DNA of 64,000 nucleotides, taken from positions 69,207 through 133,206 of the forward strand of contig CAIMWO010000031.1 of the NCBI GenBank assembly GCA_903845195.1, read 5' to 3'. The DNA is from an uncultured Phycisphaerales bacterium (GTDB lineage Bacteria > Planctomycetota > Phycisphaerae > WQYP01). Below the pieces are notes generated by a model that worked only from the letters and a program-made list of their open reading frames with translations, was not told the origin of the DNA and did no database searches. This document shows, in pieces, positions 1 to 9,310 of this stretch (positions are counted from its first letter, which is position 1; every line of letters starts with the position of its first letter). A program made the position numbers and the translations under genes.

Positions 1-786
1 GCTGCATACGAGTAGTTTGGAATCTGGGGAGAATGCCAACGTATTGACGTACCAGGGAACGTCCATCGTTCCATCCGCGGTTCCACGTTCAACCGCATAG
101 AATCTGATGTGACATTTGTCCATTCCGGTGAAGTCGAATGTCGCAACGCGCGTGCCGTCTCTGGAGAAGGCGAACGTCGGGTTAGCGACCGGTAGTCCAA
201 AGGTTCGCACCAATCCGGACGAGGCCGCAGTGATCGGTGGAACATCGGGTAGATTCGAAGTGAGACTTTTCCCGTCCAGCCCGTTTGGTTCGGCCGACAG
301 GGTCGTGGTGGATTCCGACACGGTCGGCTCGGACGCCGCCGGCTGCTTCATATCATTCTCGTCCGAGATTGCCACCACGTCCGGCGGGGCGACGACGGTG
401 GTTGGCGTGATAGCCTCACCCAAAGGTCGCGAGGCCACTTCATGTTTCGCGATCGGTCTGCCAAAGGATCTGGAAAAGTAAATCCATGTACCCCACACTG
501 CTTCGCCGGAGAGTGCCGCAATAATTAGAATGGCCAGAACAAGGCGTATCTTGCTCCGGCCCGGTGGCGCCGGCACCGGGATCGCGGGGGTGGCCGGCGG
601 CGCTATTAGGTTCTTTGCGGATTCAGCAGCAGGCAGAGTTCTATCAGTAACGCAGTGGATTTTCTGTGCCGATGGGGTGGGAACCACGAATCGTCCCCCG
701 CACTTCGGGCATTTTCCGTTTCTGCCCGCCTTGTCGTCTGTGACTTGTAGGTCGACCCCGCAGTTTTCGCATTTGACGCTAATCAT
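1..786 (-). CDS. Zn-ribbon + TM + WD40-like protein (3' end runs off window)
   Basis: Translated by hand from ATG at 786: MISVKCENCGVDLQVTDDKAGRKGKCPKCGG (CxxC..CxxC ribbon), Pro-rich linker, TM segment IRLVLAILIIAAL, then WD40-like FAFSRDG and LAFSPDSK. Open to the window edge, so absent from the ORF track. Confidence 0.8.
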   Translation of the reverse strand, partial: MISVKCENCGVDLQVTDDKAGRNGKCPKCGGRFVVPTPSAQKIHCVTDRTLPAAESAKNLIAPPATPAIPVPAPPGRSKIRLVLAILIIAALSGEAVWGTWIYFSRSFGRPIAKHEVASRPLGEAITPTTVVAPPDVVAISDENDMKQPAASEPTVSESTTTLSAEPNGLDGKSLTSNLPDVPPITAASSGLVRTFGLPVANPTFAFSRDGTRVATFDFTGMDKCHIRFYAVERGTADGTMDVPWYVNTLAFSPDSKLLVCS

Positions 787-1064
787 GTGATTACCTCGTC
801 TTGCCTCGATAGCAGTGCTACGTTCCGGGAGTGAACGAGAATTGATGCCCGTGACCCACTAAAAAAGGGGTAGCATAGGTAAAGATATATCGAATCAGCA
901 CCAATGCAAGTCTAAAGCGACCAATTGGTCGCCTATTGTCTTTAACGCGTACTGTTGTTCGACGGAACGAGTGATGACGCGGGTCCAGACCTTTGGACCA
1001 AATTCGCATCGCGGGATCGTGGCAGTCGTTCATGCTGACACAACGCGGCCAGAATGCCGGTAGC

Positions 1065-1165
1065 TCACGGCGTCAGACGGTTCGCGAGTGCCTCGCGCAG
1101 CTCCGGGAAGCGAAACTCGAATTCCCTCGCACCCAGACGCCGGGAAATCAGATACGGCGCTATGC
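1065..1165 (-). pseudogene. Possible relic of TIGR01777/YfcH-family oxidoreductase C-terminus
   Basis: YLISRRLGAREFEFRFPELREAL resembles the family C-terminal 'RL...GFEFRFP.L..AL' motif; no intact upstream frame. Confidence 0.35.
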
Positions 1166-1376
1166 CAGAGGTGCGGCGGCTAGGTACTCGGTGCCGCCCC
1201 CACCCGTTCCCGGGCAATGAAATCGGTCGATTCTTGCTGCCCGAAAGAAATCTCTCACGCATCTGTTTTCGATTACCGCCACTGACGAAGGGCGTGTCAG
1301 CGCGACATGCTCCCGCGCCGCCGTAATTTTTTGGCCATTGCCGACGCCAACCAACTTCGGCGCATCGGCCGGGGAA

Positions 1377-1404
1377 TGTGATCACAAAATAGGACTAATT
1401 AGTC
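1377..1404. promoter_or_regulatory. Two adjacent perfect palindromes in a divergent intergenic region
   Basis: TGTGATCACA (1377-1386) and GACTAATTAGTC (1393-1404) in an AT-rich patch between divergent Zn-ribbon genes. Confidence 0.35.
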
Positions 1405-1532
1405 TTGATGTATTCGGTTGGAGGATTTACCCTCCGCATATTCACATCTCTAAGGCGGCAAAGGGAATCGCCGTCTGCGCCTCATAAAAGTCGTAGCGAT
1501 GTCGGCATGGTGAACACGGCAGGAGCAGCGAA

Positions 1533-2255
1533 ATGATCCAAGCAACATGTCCGAAATGTTCCGAAATGGTAGAGGTGCCTGACCGTCTGTCGGGACAGGA
1601 GTACACCTGTCCAGCGCGCAAGTCGGCCGTCGCCATTCCACCCGCCTCCATAACAGCCTTGATCTGTTTGGTGGTCGCGGCCTTCGTCGTAGGCTGCTCC
1701 GGCTGTGGGTCACCGCCTCCGGCCGTCGATACGCCAGACGCCAAGGTCCAGCCAATCGGCGTCCATCGACGCACGGGCAATAACCTCGCGTTCGACAATC
1801 AAAATTCTGTTAGCACCACCCAGCCAAATCGCACGTTCATCGTCGTTCACGTTAAGGTGACGCCCAAACAGGCCACGGAGAGACCGGAGAAACCGGAAGG
1901 ACTCCCGGCGATGGTGACTAAGTATGGTACGTGGCCGAAAGGCAGCTATATGTTTGAAACACCCTTTGCCATGATTCGGCCCGACGGCGAGGATAAATGG
2001 AGCTTCTGCGCGGGGGTGATCCAAGATCAATGCGATTTGGTGGTCCCAGCGGACAACGAGAGCATTTCCTGGTTTTCAGCACCGGCAGTTTACGATGGAT
2101 TGAGCCAGATCACGTTCCTCGCGCCAGGGCACTCTTCCGTCATGGCGCTCGTCTTCAGCGTCCCGGATTCCGCCAAGAACGCCACACTCCGATTTCACGG
2201 GGCCGTAGAAGTCCCCATCAGCCTCGACAACTGGGGAAAGCAACCTTCGCCCTGA
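1533..2255 (+). CDS. Zn-ribbon membrane-anchored/lipoprotein-like protein
   Basis: CPKC..CPAR (second knuckle degenerate), hydrophobic segment ending VVGC, beta-rich C-terminal domain; GGAG upstream. Confidence 0.75.
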   Translation: MIQATCPKCSEMVEVPDRLSGQEYTCPARKSAVAIPPASITALICLVVAAFVVGCSGCGSPPPAVDTPDAKVQPIGVHRRTGNNLAFDNQNSVSTTQPNRTFIVVHVKVTPKQATERPEKPEGLPAMVTKYGTWPKGSYMFETPFAMIRPDGEDKWSFCAGVIQDQCDLVVPADNESISWFSAPAVYDGLSQITFLAPGHSSVMALVFSVPDSAKNATLRFHGAVEVPISLDNWGKQPSP

Positions 2256-2356
2256 GCTTCGTTCACGGCTGAATGTCGCTCAATAGCTTGCCGTTCGCCT
2301 ATGTATCTCTGTGAGAATGAAAAAAGGTGTCTGCCAAGAGTAGTCGAAAAGAGGGA

Positions 2357-3340
2357 ATGCTGATGATCAACTTCCAGTGTCCGAAATGCAACGAACCGCT
2401 TAGCGTTCCGACGTCAGTCGCGGGCGAACTTGAGACGTGTCCATCATGTAAGTGCGAGATCCAAGTTCCCTCCGTCGAACGGGCATCGACATCTGATTGC
2501 GACGGCGTGGGAAAGGCAACTGCGCCAGCTGCTACCATCGCCAGCCGTGTCGATCCCAGCACTGGTACGAGTCAGATTCCGGTCCCACTTCCATGCCAAT
2601 CGGGGCCGTCCGGTTCGCATGCCATTGTGGGAGCGGGCCGTCGCACAATATCTCCCATTAAGATTGGCGAGGTATTGGGCGAGACATGGCGGCTCTACAG
2701 ATCGAAGCCGATCGCGTTGACTCTGACACTGATCATACCGTGCCTCCTACTGGCAGGTCTTAGCGCGCTGGGAATTCTTGGAGATCAGGTCCTACGACAT
2801 CTGAACGTCCAGAAAGGATCACCCGCGGAGGGCCTCGCCGGGATCGTATTGTCTGTGCCCATTCTTGTGCTTCTAACGTTAGCATTTACCGGCCCAACAG
2901 TGTCTGCGCTTAATCTAGCTCGCGGCAATTCCAGCACAGTTCTGGCCGATCTGCGACGTGGTTTACGGTATACTCTATCTTTCTGGATGGCTCTTGTGGG
3001 GGTTGCGTGGTGGATAGGTTTGAGTGGCGTCTTGCTGTTCATTCCGTCTCCGTGTGTGACGGCGAGGTTGTCTCAGGTCTTTCCTGAGATCGTTGACCGG
3101 GACATAATCTACTTTCGTTGGCCGTTTTTCGCCTGTGGCGAGACAAGCTACCGATTGACGAAGGGGAACACCTTCACGCTGGTTCTTCTTCAGTTGTTTG
3201 CACTCGCGATGGTCATCGTCGCCGCGATTCCGTTTGGCATTGGTTTAGTCGTGGTGTTACCTTATCTTCACATCCTCGGTGCGGTGATATATGTTCATCT
3301 CACAAATCGCGAGCCCGGGACAAAAGTTAGTAGGTGTTGA
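2357..3340 (+). CDS. Zn-ribbon multi-pass membrane protein
   Basis: MLMINFQCPKC..CPSC N-terminus, then IGEVLGETWRLY and several TM helices ending PFGIGLVVVLP; start moved to ATG 2357 after GAGGG. Confidence 0.8.
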   Translation: MLMINFQCPKCNEPLSVPTSVAGELETCPSCKCEIQVPSVERASTSDCDGVGKATAPAATIASRVDPSTGTSQIPVPLPCQSGPSGSHAIVGAGRRTISPIKIGEVLGETWRLYRSKPIALTLTLIIPCLLLAGLSALGILGDQVLRHLNVQKGSPAEGLAGIVLSVPILVLLTLAFTGPTVSALNLARGNSSTVLADLRRGLRYTLSFWMALVGVAWWIGLSGVLLFIPSPCVTARLSQVFPEIVDRDIIYFRWPFFACGETSYRLTKGNTFTLVLLQLFALAMVIVAAIPFGIGLVVVLPYLHILGAVIYVHLTNREPGTKVSRC

Positions 3341-4079
3341 AAGGCGAGGACCAGTGGTCCTTCTCGGTTCCAATCCCGATCAACTGAAGATATCCATGCT
3401 GAAAGCCGAAGAATGGTTCTTACGCGACCCCGCATCCTCACCGGAAGAGCTGCGGGTGCTCATTTACTTCAGTCTGAACAACGTGGTATGCGTCTTTGTT
3501 GACAAGGGCGGAACGCTTCTGCTCATGGAAATCGGCCTGCAGACGTTTCCGTACATTTCGGCCGACGGTAAGCTCTCGGTCATCGTCCGCCGCAGTTTCG
3601 TGACGGGCGCATTTTCAGTAGAGATCAACGGCGTCAAGCGATCGCTGCGAAAAGGCGGGCCTGCCTCCATGCCGACGTGGGACTGCATGCCGGTGTTTCC
3701 CAGCGTCCGCATCGGCGACAAAGTCCTGTTTGACATAATGGAACTCACCTACCGCAAGTCCGACTTCGAGGCTGCAGCGCTGAACCGACGTGGAGTTCTG
3801 ACACCCCGTTTGCAGGAACAGGCCAAGGCGGAACTGAAGGCGGTTCCGCAGAAGGCTGAAGCGTCGAAACAGGGACAGCAGGCGGCGGCTGGCATCATGG
3901 GATGCGGCGTTGTGCTTGTCGTTCTAGGACTGGGTTCGACGATCCTGCCCGCCTTCGGCTATCAATTTACGGCGATGAAGAATGCGACGGAAAGGTCCAT
4001 CGCCTGTATGGTCATTGCGGGATTCGCCTTGATCGTCTTTGGCGTCGGCATGCTAATCTTCAACGCTCGTCGCAAATGA
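3291..4079 (+). CDS. Hypothetical protein with two C-terminal TM helices
   Basis: 262-aa ORF continuing the + strand run; start uncertain. Confidence 0.6.
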   Translation: MFISQIASPGQKLVGVERRGPVVLLGSNPDQLKISMLKAEEWFLRDPASSPEELRVLIYFSLNNVVCVFVDKGGTLLLMEIGLQTFPYISADGKLSVIVRRSFVTGAFSVEINGVKRSLRKGGPASMPTWDCMPVFPSVRIGDKVLFDIMELTYRKSDFEAAALNRRGVLTPRLQEQAKAELKAVPQKAEASKQGQQAAAGIMGCGVVLVVLGLGSTILPAFGYQFTAMKNATERSIACMVIAGFALIVFGVGMLIFNARRK

Positions 4080-4666
4080 ACGAATCGGGTCCCGCGATCG
4101 TCTTGAGCCATGGCTGTATGGGAAATCCGAACTTTTCTTCGGGGCTCTCTCCCGATAACCAGCACATGGTTATCCAATTTCTTGACAAATTTCTCGATCC
4201 CAAGCGACCAGACGTCCGGCAGTTTCTGCTCCAACATCTCAAAGCCTTCTTTTCCGTAGAGGCGGGAAACCTGCGCCCAGAAACTCTTGACGCCATTAAG
4301 GACGCACAAGGAAACGCGCCATCTTTGACAGTGTTTCTAGACACCAACTTTGACTACGGTCTCTTGCGCTTGATGATCATAGGTCAGAGGAGACATCCCG
4401 ATGGAAACGCCCCCGCAAGAAGTAGACATGAGCAAAAGTGGCACCGCGTGGCACTTGGAGGGGGAGCCGGGACAGTGGGCACGCGTCATCGGCAAGGTGC
4501 AAGGACGCGTCAAGCGGGGCGCAGTCCAGAACCACGTGATCATAGCCCGCTTCAAACAAGGATTATTTCACTCTTTCCAGGTAAAACGCGAGGTTGCCTT
4601 TCTGCGGGAGTGGCAGCGTGTGGATGCCCAAACGGCTGGCGAAGTATCCCGCCTGCATCTCCTTGA
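4076..4666 (+). CDS. Hypothetical protein (C-terminal part doubtful)
   Basis: ATGA overlap with the upstream stop; the C-terminal half looks non-globular and overlaps 4401-4709. Confidence 0.4.
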   Translation: MNESGPAIVLSHGCMGNPNFSSGLSPDNQHMVIQFLDKFLDPKRPDVRQFLLQHLKAFFSVEAGNLRPETLDAIKDAQGNAPSLTVFLDTNFDYGLLRLMIIGQRRHPDGNAPARSRHEQKWHRVALGGGAGTVGTRHRQGARTRQAGRSPEPRDHSPLQTRIISLFPGKTRGCLSAGVAACGCPNGWRSIPPASP

Positions 4667-4709
4667 GCCGCGCTGCCGACTCGGCCAGGTGTTCCCCCAA
4701 TGCCAATAG
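4401..4709 (+). CDS. Small hypothetical protein
   Basis: GAGGAG upstream of ATG; conflicts with overlapping ORFs. Confidence 0.3.
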   Translation: METPPQEVDMSKSGTAWHLEGEPGQWARVIGKVQGRVKRGAVQNHVIIARFKQGLFHSFQVKREVAFLREWQRVDAQTAGEVSRLHLLEPRCRLGQVFPQCQ

Positions 4710-4838
4710 CTTCGCGGGTGATACCTTGGGGTGGGTGGAGCGTGGAAGGTGTTCCCAGCATGTGATTCCGTCGGCCCAGAGTTGGCGCTCGACAGCGGCT
4801 GAAATGCCCGGCAAATGGCAGAACGTGTTCTGGATCAT
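4563..4838 (-). pseudogene. N-terminal fragment of RNase_H_2 (YprB-like) exonuclease-family protein
   Basis: MIQNTFCHLPGISAAVERQLWADGITCWE matches the HhH-like N-terminus of this family; the ORF diverges after YFASRL, before the expected DIETTG catalytic motif. Confidence 0.55.
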
Positions 4839-5069
4839 GGGGACGGCTTACAGGGCGGATGGCAGAAAGAAATGATTCTACCGCCGTCAGGCACCGCCGT
4901 CGCATGGCCCTGCAACCGATGGCTCACCGAACAGCGGAAATCGTGCTTCCCTACGCCAGCAGGCAGGCAGAGTCTGCTGCGGCGGGCGATGCAGGATTGG
5001 GGAGATATTTCTATTGTTTCTGCGCAAGATCGCCTCGATTCAAGCGTATACAGTGGGGAGGACACACCT

Positions 5070-5294
5070 ATGGAATCACTTGCCCCGCCTTCTCATCCCA
5101 CCTCCTTTGCAGGCATCCTTGCCCTGCTGGACCCCAACCGGCCAATGGACGACGACCTCACCCGCCTGTTGGGCGATCTGGTATCGCTGGCCGAAGAGGA
5201 TTTGAGCTTCATCCCTTACCACCCGCCCCGTAACCCCTCCGTCTCGTCTCCAACGTCGCTTTCTGGCAATGACCTGCATGGCCCAGCAAAATAA
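5070..5294 (+). CDS. Small hypothetical protein
   Basis: GGGGAGG RBS before ATG 5070; 74 aa. Confidence 0.4.
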   Translation: MESLAPPSHPTSFAGILALLDPNRPMDDDLTRLLGDLVSLAEEDLSFIPYHPPRNPSVSSPTSLSGNDLHGPAK

Positions 5295-5825
5295 AATCAT
5301 GCGGGGGGGTAGACCGGCCCCATAGGGGTGTTGCGCAATGCCAAAATGGGAACCCGCCATGGATATCCTGTCACACTTTTAACCCGAGGCGTCTGTTGTC
5401 CGGGCCGTTTTTTATGGCCCAAAAAGCAAGATCACAAAATCTAGTCTGGGGCAAAAATGCGGCCCCGGCCCCGTAACGCCCACTGCCAGGTGAGTCTCAC
5501 ACGGGCTTCCCATTCATCCAACGGGCCAGAAAACGTCATCGGCTTCGGAGGTTTTGCATCCGGATGGAGGATGCAGGAGGAAGCCTGCGGAGCTGGTGCC
5601 GCCTCCGAAACCTTCGAGTCCACCAGAGAAAGGCGGCTTTTGTGTGGGTTGTACTTCTGGCGGGAATCCATGCCGTTATTTGCTTGGCCCGTTTTCGTGG
5701 CGGTGAAAAAGCGGAGCGGCGTATCTATGCACCTCACGTGGGTGATTCACTTTCGCGTGATCGGGTTAAGACAAAATGCACAAGAGGATGGAGGAGGAAA
5801 TGCGGGGGCGATGGAAGAGAGAGCC

Positions 5826-6323
5826 ATGGAAACCATGCTCACATCCGACACTATTCTTGACGGTCACAGGATGCAACCTGCGATTTACGCCATCGAACAC
5901 ATCTCATCGGGGAAACGGCTGATTTGCTCAACACGTTGCCTGTCAAAACGGTTGTGGGACCAGCGCCGTCGGCTGGATCGCCGCCAACACCCCAACCACG
6001 CTTTGGATGCCGAACTCACACAAGGTGGACCCGAAGGGTTCATCATCGTCGTGCTGGAGCTGGTCGAGGACCACCGCACTCTTCCCCAGCGAAAACGTCA
6101 CCATCTTGAACAGGCGAGGGCTGGGAATGGGACGTTCAACGCTCCAGAGCCATCCTGCAGGAAGGCTGTCATGGTGGCACCAACGGCCGCTCCGATGACC
6201 GGGGTAAACGAGCTACTGGATCGGCTTGATCAACTTGAGCGGATGCCTGCGGATTCATCTGAAGACCGAGCGGCACGGGTGAAAGCACTGATCGAGGAGG
6301 TCCGCAATCGGCTTCATCCCTGA
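5826..6323 (+). CDS. Degenerate GIY-YIG nuclease-fold protein
   Basis: AIYAIEHISSGKRLICSTRCLSKRLWDQ..H.N..L..FIIVVLE follows the GIY-YIG pattern, with YIG replaced by LIC. Confidence 0.65.
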   Translation: METMLTSDTILDGHRMQPAIYAIEHISSGKRLICSTRCLSKRLWDQRRRLDRRQHPNHALDAELTQGGPEGFIIVVLELVEDHRTLPQRKRHHLEQARAGNGTFNAPEPSCRKAVMVAPTAAPMTGVNELLDRLDQLERMPADSSEDRAARVKALIEEVRNRLHP

Positions 6324-7114
6324 TGCCGGACTTTCGCGACTCTCTTCTCGATCTGCTCCATCACGTATTTCAGGGGTTCGGTTTGGTCCTTGGCTCCAAT
6401 CCACACCCCCGCATCATTCACATCTCGAATGGCGGGCAATATGGCAGCCAAATCCGCATCTGAAAGCGCAGAAAGAAGTTCAAACCGACACCGACGACCA
6501 TAGTTGGCCTGCGGGGTCGATTCGCAGGGAGAGAGTATCTCGGGCAGGCCATACTTCTCCGCAAAGGCCGTGGCGTCCTTGGCAATCCGTCTTCCTTCGG
6601 CTGCCTTCCGCTTCTGCTCCAGCTTTGCAGCTTCCTCACGCTCTCTTTGCTGGCGGGCCTCCTCCAAAGCCTTCGGCATGGCCAGAAGGCATGAGATGGC
6701 ATCTCCGACGTGCTGGCGCAGCTTCTCAATCCACACCTTGGCTTGACGTTCGTTGCGCAACACGTCCATAGCCTCGTAGATCGTCTTTGCCTCAGCCTCT
6801 GGCTTTCCTTGTGTGACCATCATCAACTGGGGAAAGAGTTCAGACAGGAAGTCCCTCCGAACGATCCGTCCCCAGTCAACCTGGCGAGGAGTTCCCAACA
6901 GGAGGGGCAAGTGGTATTCACGCTCGAATGGTGGAACGTTATCGGGGATAAGAATCGGTTGGGGAACGGGAACACACACCACTGCCTGCACAGGCGGATT
7001 TGGAGGAATGCACGCCATCGGTTTCTTGGCCTTCTTACCCTTCCTGACATTCGTGATCTTCTTCTTGGCGGGTTGTTTGCCCACGTCATCCCAATCAACT
7101 AGACCGTCCGACAT
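6314..7114 (-). CDS. Hypothetical mobile-element protein with internal repeat
   Basis: GAGGTG RBS before ATG 7114; two copies of LP.L..(G)TP.Q..(W/Y)GR..R..A.VWI. Confidence 0.7.
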   Translation of the reverse strand: MSDGLVDWDDVGKQPAKKKITNVRKGKKAKKPMACIPPNPPVQAVVCVPVPQPILIPDNVPPFEREYHLPLLLGTPRQVDWGRIVRRDFLSELFPQLMMVTQGKPEAEAKTIYEAMDVLRNERQAKVWIEKLRQHVGDAISCLLAMPKALEEARQQREREEAAKLEQKRKAAEGRRIAKDATAFAEKYGLPEILSPCESTPQANYGRRCRFELLSALSDADLAAILPAIRDVNDAGVWIGAKDQTEPLKYVMEQIEKRVAKVRHQG

Positions 7115-7180
7115 AATCGTCACCTCAACTGTTACCTGTTTTATCGACCTGCCGGGAGATGCAACCCAGCCCAACTGCTT

Positions 7181-7227
7181 CAAGAGAGAAGCAAAGCAAA
7201 GAAGGAGGTACTATTACGCTACCCCCC
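7181..7227 (+). repeat. 47-bp inverted repeat, copy A (downstream of rep)
   Basis: 39/47 ungapped identity to the reverse complement of 8011-8057. Confidence 0.8.
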
Positions 7228-7248
7228 TTTAGCGTCTCAAAAATGGCC

Positions 7249-9066
7249 CTATGCGGCGTTGGACCAGGCAGTTCCGGCCACGATCTCTTTGACTTCAGTG
7301 GAAACGGTGAACATCGTTCCTTCGCTCTGACCAGCCTTCATATCCAGGCGTCCCTTCTTGATGATGCGGATTAGGCCACGTTTCTGGAGTGCCAGAAGGC
7401 AGGGGGAGATGGCGTTCATGCACAAGGTTATGGACGCTGCCTCTCTCATGAACCCTCGCAACGTGTCGTGCGAAAAGAAGGGGTCCGTGTTGTCCTCGGC
7501 GAGCTTGGCCAGCACGAACAGTACGCCAGCCATTTGGGCAGGGCAGACTGCTTTGATCTGGGGCCGCTTCCCCTTGGTCTTGTATTTCTTGAACGGCACG
7601 ACGATCCCCTCGACCAGTCGCTCGAGTCCCAGGCGTGCCTTCTCCCATCCCTCCATATCGATCCCCGAAGTCATCGCGGAATCGAATTTTCCTTCATAGA
7701 AATGTTTCATCCCTTGGAAGGTCTTCAACCTTCGTTCAGAGTTGTCGGTCTTGTTCAACCCAAGGACAACGTATTGTTCATTAGCTTCTTCCGGGCTGAC
7801 AAGTTCCCGTTCACGGCGACACAGCAGCTTGTAGAAGCCATTCAGACGTGCGAAATCCGCCTTGGGATCTGTGGATGCCTTTAGAAGACGGAGTTCCTCG
7901 ATCTGCTCCTCAAAGGTGCGGCGGCGGTAGAAACTCACGTACCGAGCTTCCCCTACACTTTCCCACACACTGCCATCAGAGTCGAAAAGATCCGTTTCTG
8001 AGCTACCAGCGGGGGGTAGTGTAATAATACCTTTATCATTGCCTTGCCTCTCTCTTGCTTGAGTGGGCTGAGGAATCGGCTCACGTACCTGGAAGTGGTC
8101 AATCAAGTAGACAGGAGAGAAGTGAAACTGCCGCACATCCTCAAGCGTGAAGAAGTAGGGCAGCTTCATGCAATATGAACGTTTGATCAGCAGTTTCTTC
8201 TTCACCCACAATGAAGGGAGGCCGAAGACACGACGGTCGATCTTGGCATTGAAGCCTTTATGGATGCGAAGGGAGTCGAGGTCCGACAGGAACAGCTTGA
8301 GCTTGTTGGTCAGGCAGACGAGATTGTAGACGACTTTCGAGGGATCGTGCATGGAGTAGGCCGTTTTGATGTAGAGGTGGAACCCGTTGCCGTGGGTTGA
8401 CCTCTCCCAGTAGGCGTCAGGGAAATACGTCCCATGGAGCCACTGGAAGACAGCCTCGGCATCATTGACAGTTCCCATAGGGTACTGGTCCTCGTGGAAG
8501 TCGATGTCGATGGTGAGGAGGATCGCACCGACTGGGTAATCCACTCGTTCTGTGTTTACACCCAATGCCTCGGAGAACACTGTCGAACTCGCTTGTCGGG
8601 CCGACGCACCGAATCCCGTGAAGTACGGCGACGCCAGTTCACCCCGGTAGTAGATGAATTGCCGCTCTACCTTCGCATCCTCTTCCTCGGGATTCTCTTT
8701 CTGGGAGATTCCATACTCCCTGTGTAGCTTGAAATCGCCTTTCGAGAGTCGATCCAACCCAACTTCTCCACCATCGGAATCGTTGGGATTACAGCGAACG
8801 ATTCCGTACTTGCCGTCTCCCTTCTGGCCAAACTTTGCGGGAAGCCCTTGCCACTTGAGCAGGATGTCATCGTTGAGATTCATGGGGGAGAAATACTTGT
8901 CGGTCTTGAGGTTGCAGTCCATGACGTTGAAGAAGGGCTTCAGGGCGTACCAGCCTGCCTCGGTTACGATGTCGTATGTGGTCCTTTCGCGAGACTTCGC
9001 TGCCACCGCGACGTTGGCGTCCGTCTGCGGCGGTTGATCCGCATGCTTCTTTCTGATGTGTGCCAT
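7249..9066 (-). CDS. AEP (primase-polymerase) superfamily replication protein with C-terminal wHTH
   Basis: Motif I LLTIDID, motif II STHGNGFHLY, C-terminal wHTH-like CLLALQKRGLIRII; GAGG RBS. Confidence 0.75.
   Translation of the reverse strand: MAHIRKKHADQPPQTDANVAVAAKSRERTTYDIVTEAGWYALKPFFNVMDCNLKTDKYFSPMNLNDDILLKWQGLPAKFGQKGDGKYGIVRCNPNDSDGGEVGLDRLSKGDFKLHREYGISQKENPEEEDAKVERQFIYYRGELASPYFTGFGASARQASSTVFSEALGVNTERVDYPVGAILLTIDIDFHEDQYPMGTVNDAEAVFQWLHGTYFPDAYWERSTHGNGFHLYIKTAYSMHDPSKVVYNLVCLTNKLKLFLSDLDSLRIHKGFNAKIDRRVFGLPSLWVKKKLLIKRSYCMKLPYFFTLEDVRQFHFSPVYLIDHFQVREPIPQPTQARERQGNDKGIITLPPAGSSETDLFDSDGSVWESVGEARYVSFYRRRTFEEQIEELRLLKASTDPKADFARLNGFYKLLCRRERELVSPEEANEQYVVLGLNKTDNSERRLKTFQGMKHFYEGKFDSAMTSGIDMEGWEKARLGLERLVEGIVVPFKKYKTKGKRPQIKAVCPAQMAGVLFVLAKLAEDNTDPFFSHDTLRGFMREAASITLCMNAISPCLLALQKRGLIRIIKKGRLDMKAGQSEGTMFTVSTEVKEIVAGTAWSNAA
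8011..8057 (-). repeat. 47-bp inverted repeat, copy B (inside rep)
   Basis: Partner of 7181-7227; falls in a low-complexity interdomain linker of Rep. Confidence 0.8.
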
Positions 9067-9103
9067 GTGTTCCTCGACTGCTCACGGCTTGGCCGAAAAG
9101 CAA

Positions 9104-9143
9104 TGACGCCCGCCACTGCGGACCAGCACAGTGACGGGCGTCA
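9104..9143. promoter_or_regulatory. Stem-loop in the rep leader
   Basis: TGACGCCCG..CACTG / CAGTG..CGGGCGTCA inverted repeat about 40 nt upstream of the rep start. Confidence 0.45.
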
Positions 9144-9310
9144 GCGATTGGGATTAATGGATCGAGCCGACGTACTGGTCCACGCGGCGCTATATTTCTC
9201 TATTCGAGGAGACGACCGGCGTCACCTTCTAGGCCAAAGATCATCGCAAACTGCCATGCAAACAGCGGCTTGCAGATGCGTGCCGGGCAGATGGATGTGC
9301 GCCGTTATCG

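Noticed and set aside
116-790. + strand ORFs 116-481 and 530-790
   Set aside because: Antisense to the minus-strand Zn-ribbon/WD40 gene.
5457-5825. N-terminal extension of the GIY-YIG ORF
   Set aside because: Non-globular sequence; better starts with purine-rich RBS lie at 5811-5826.
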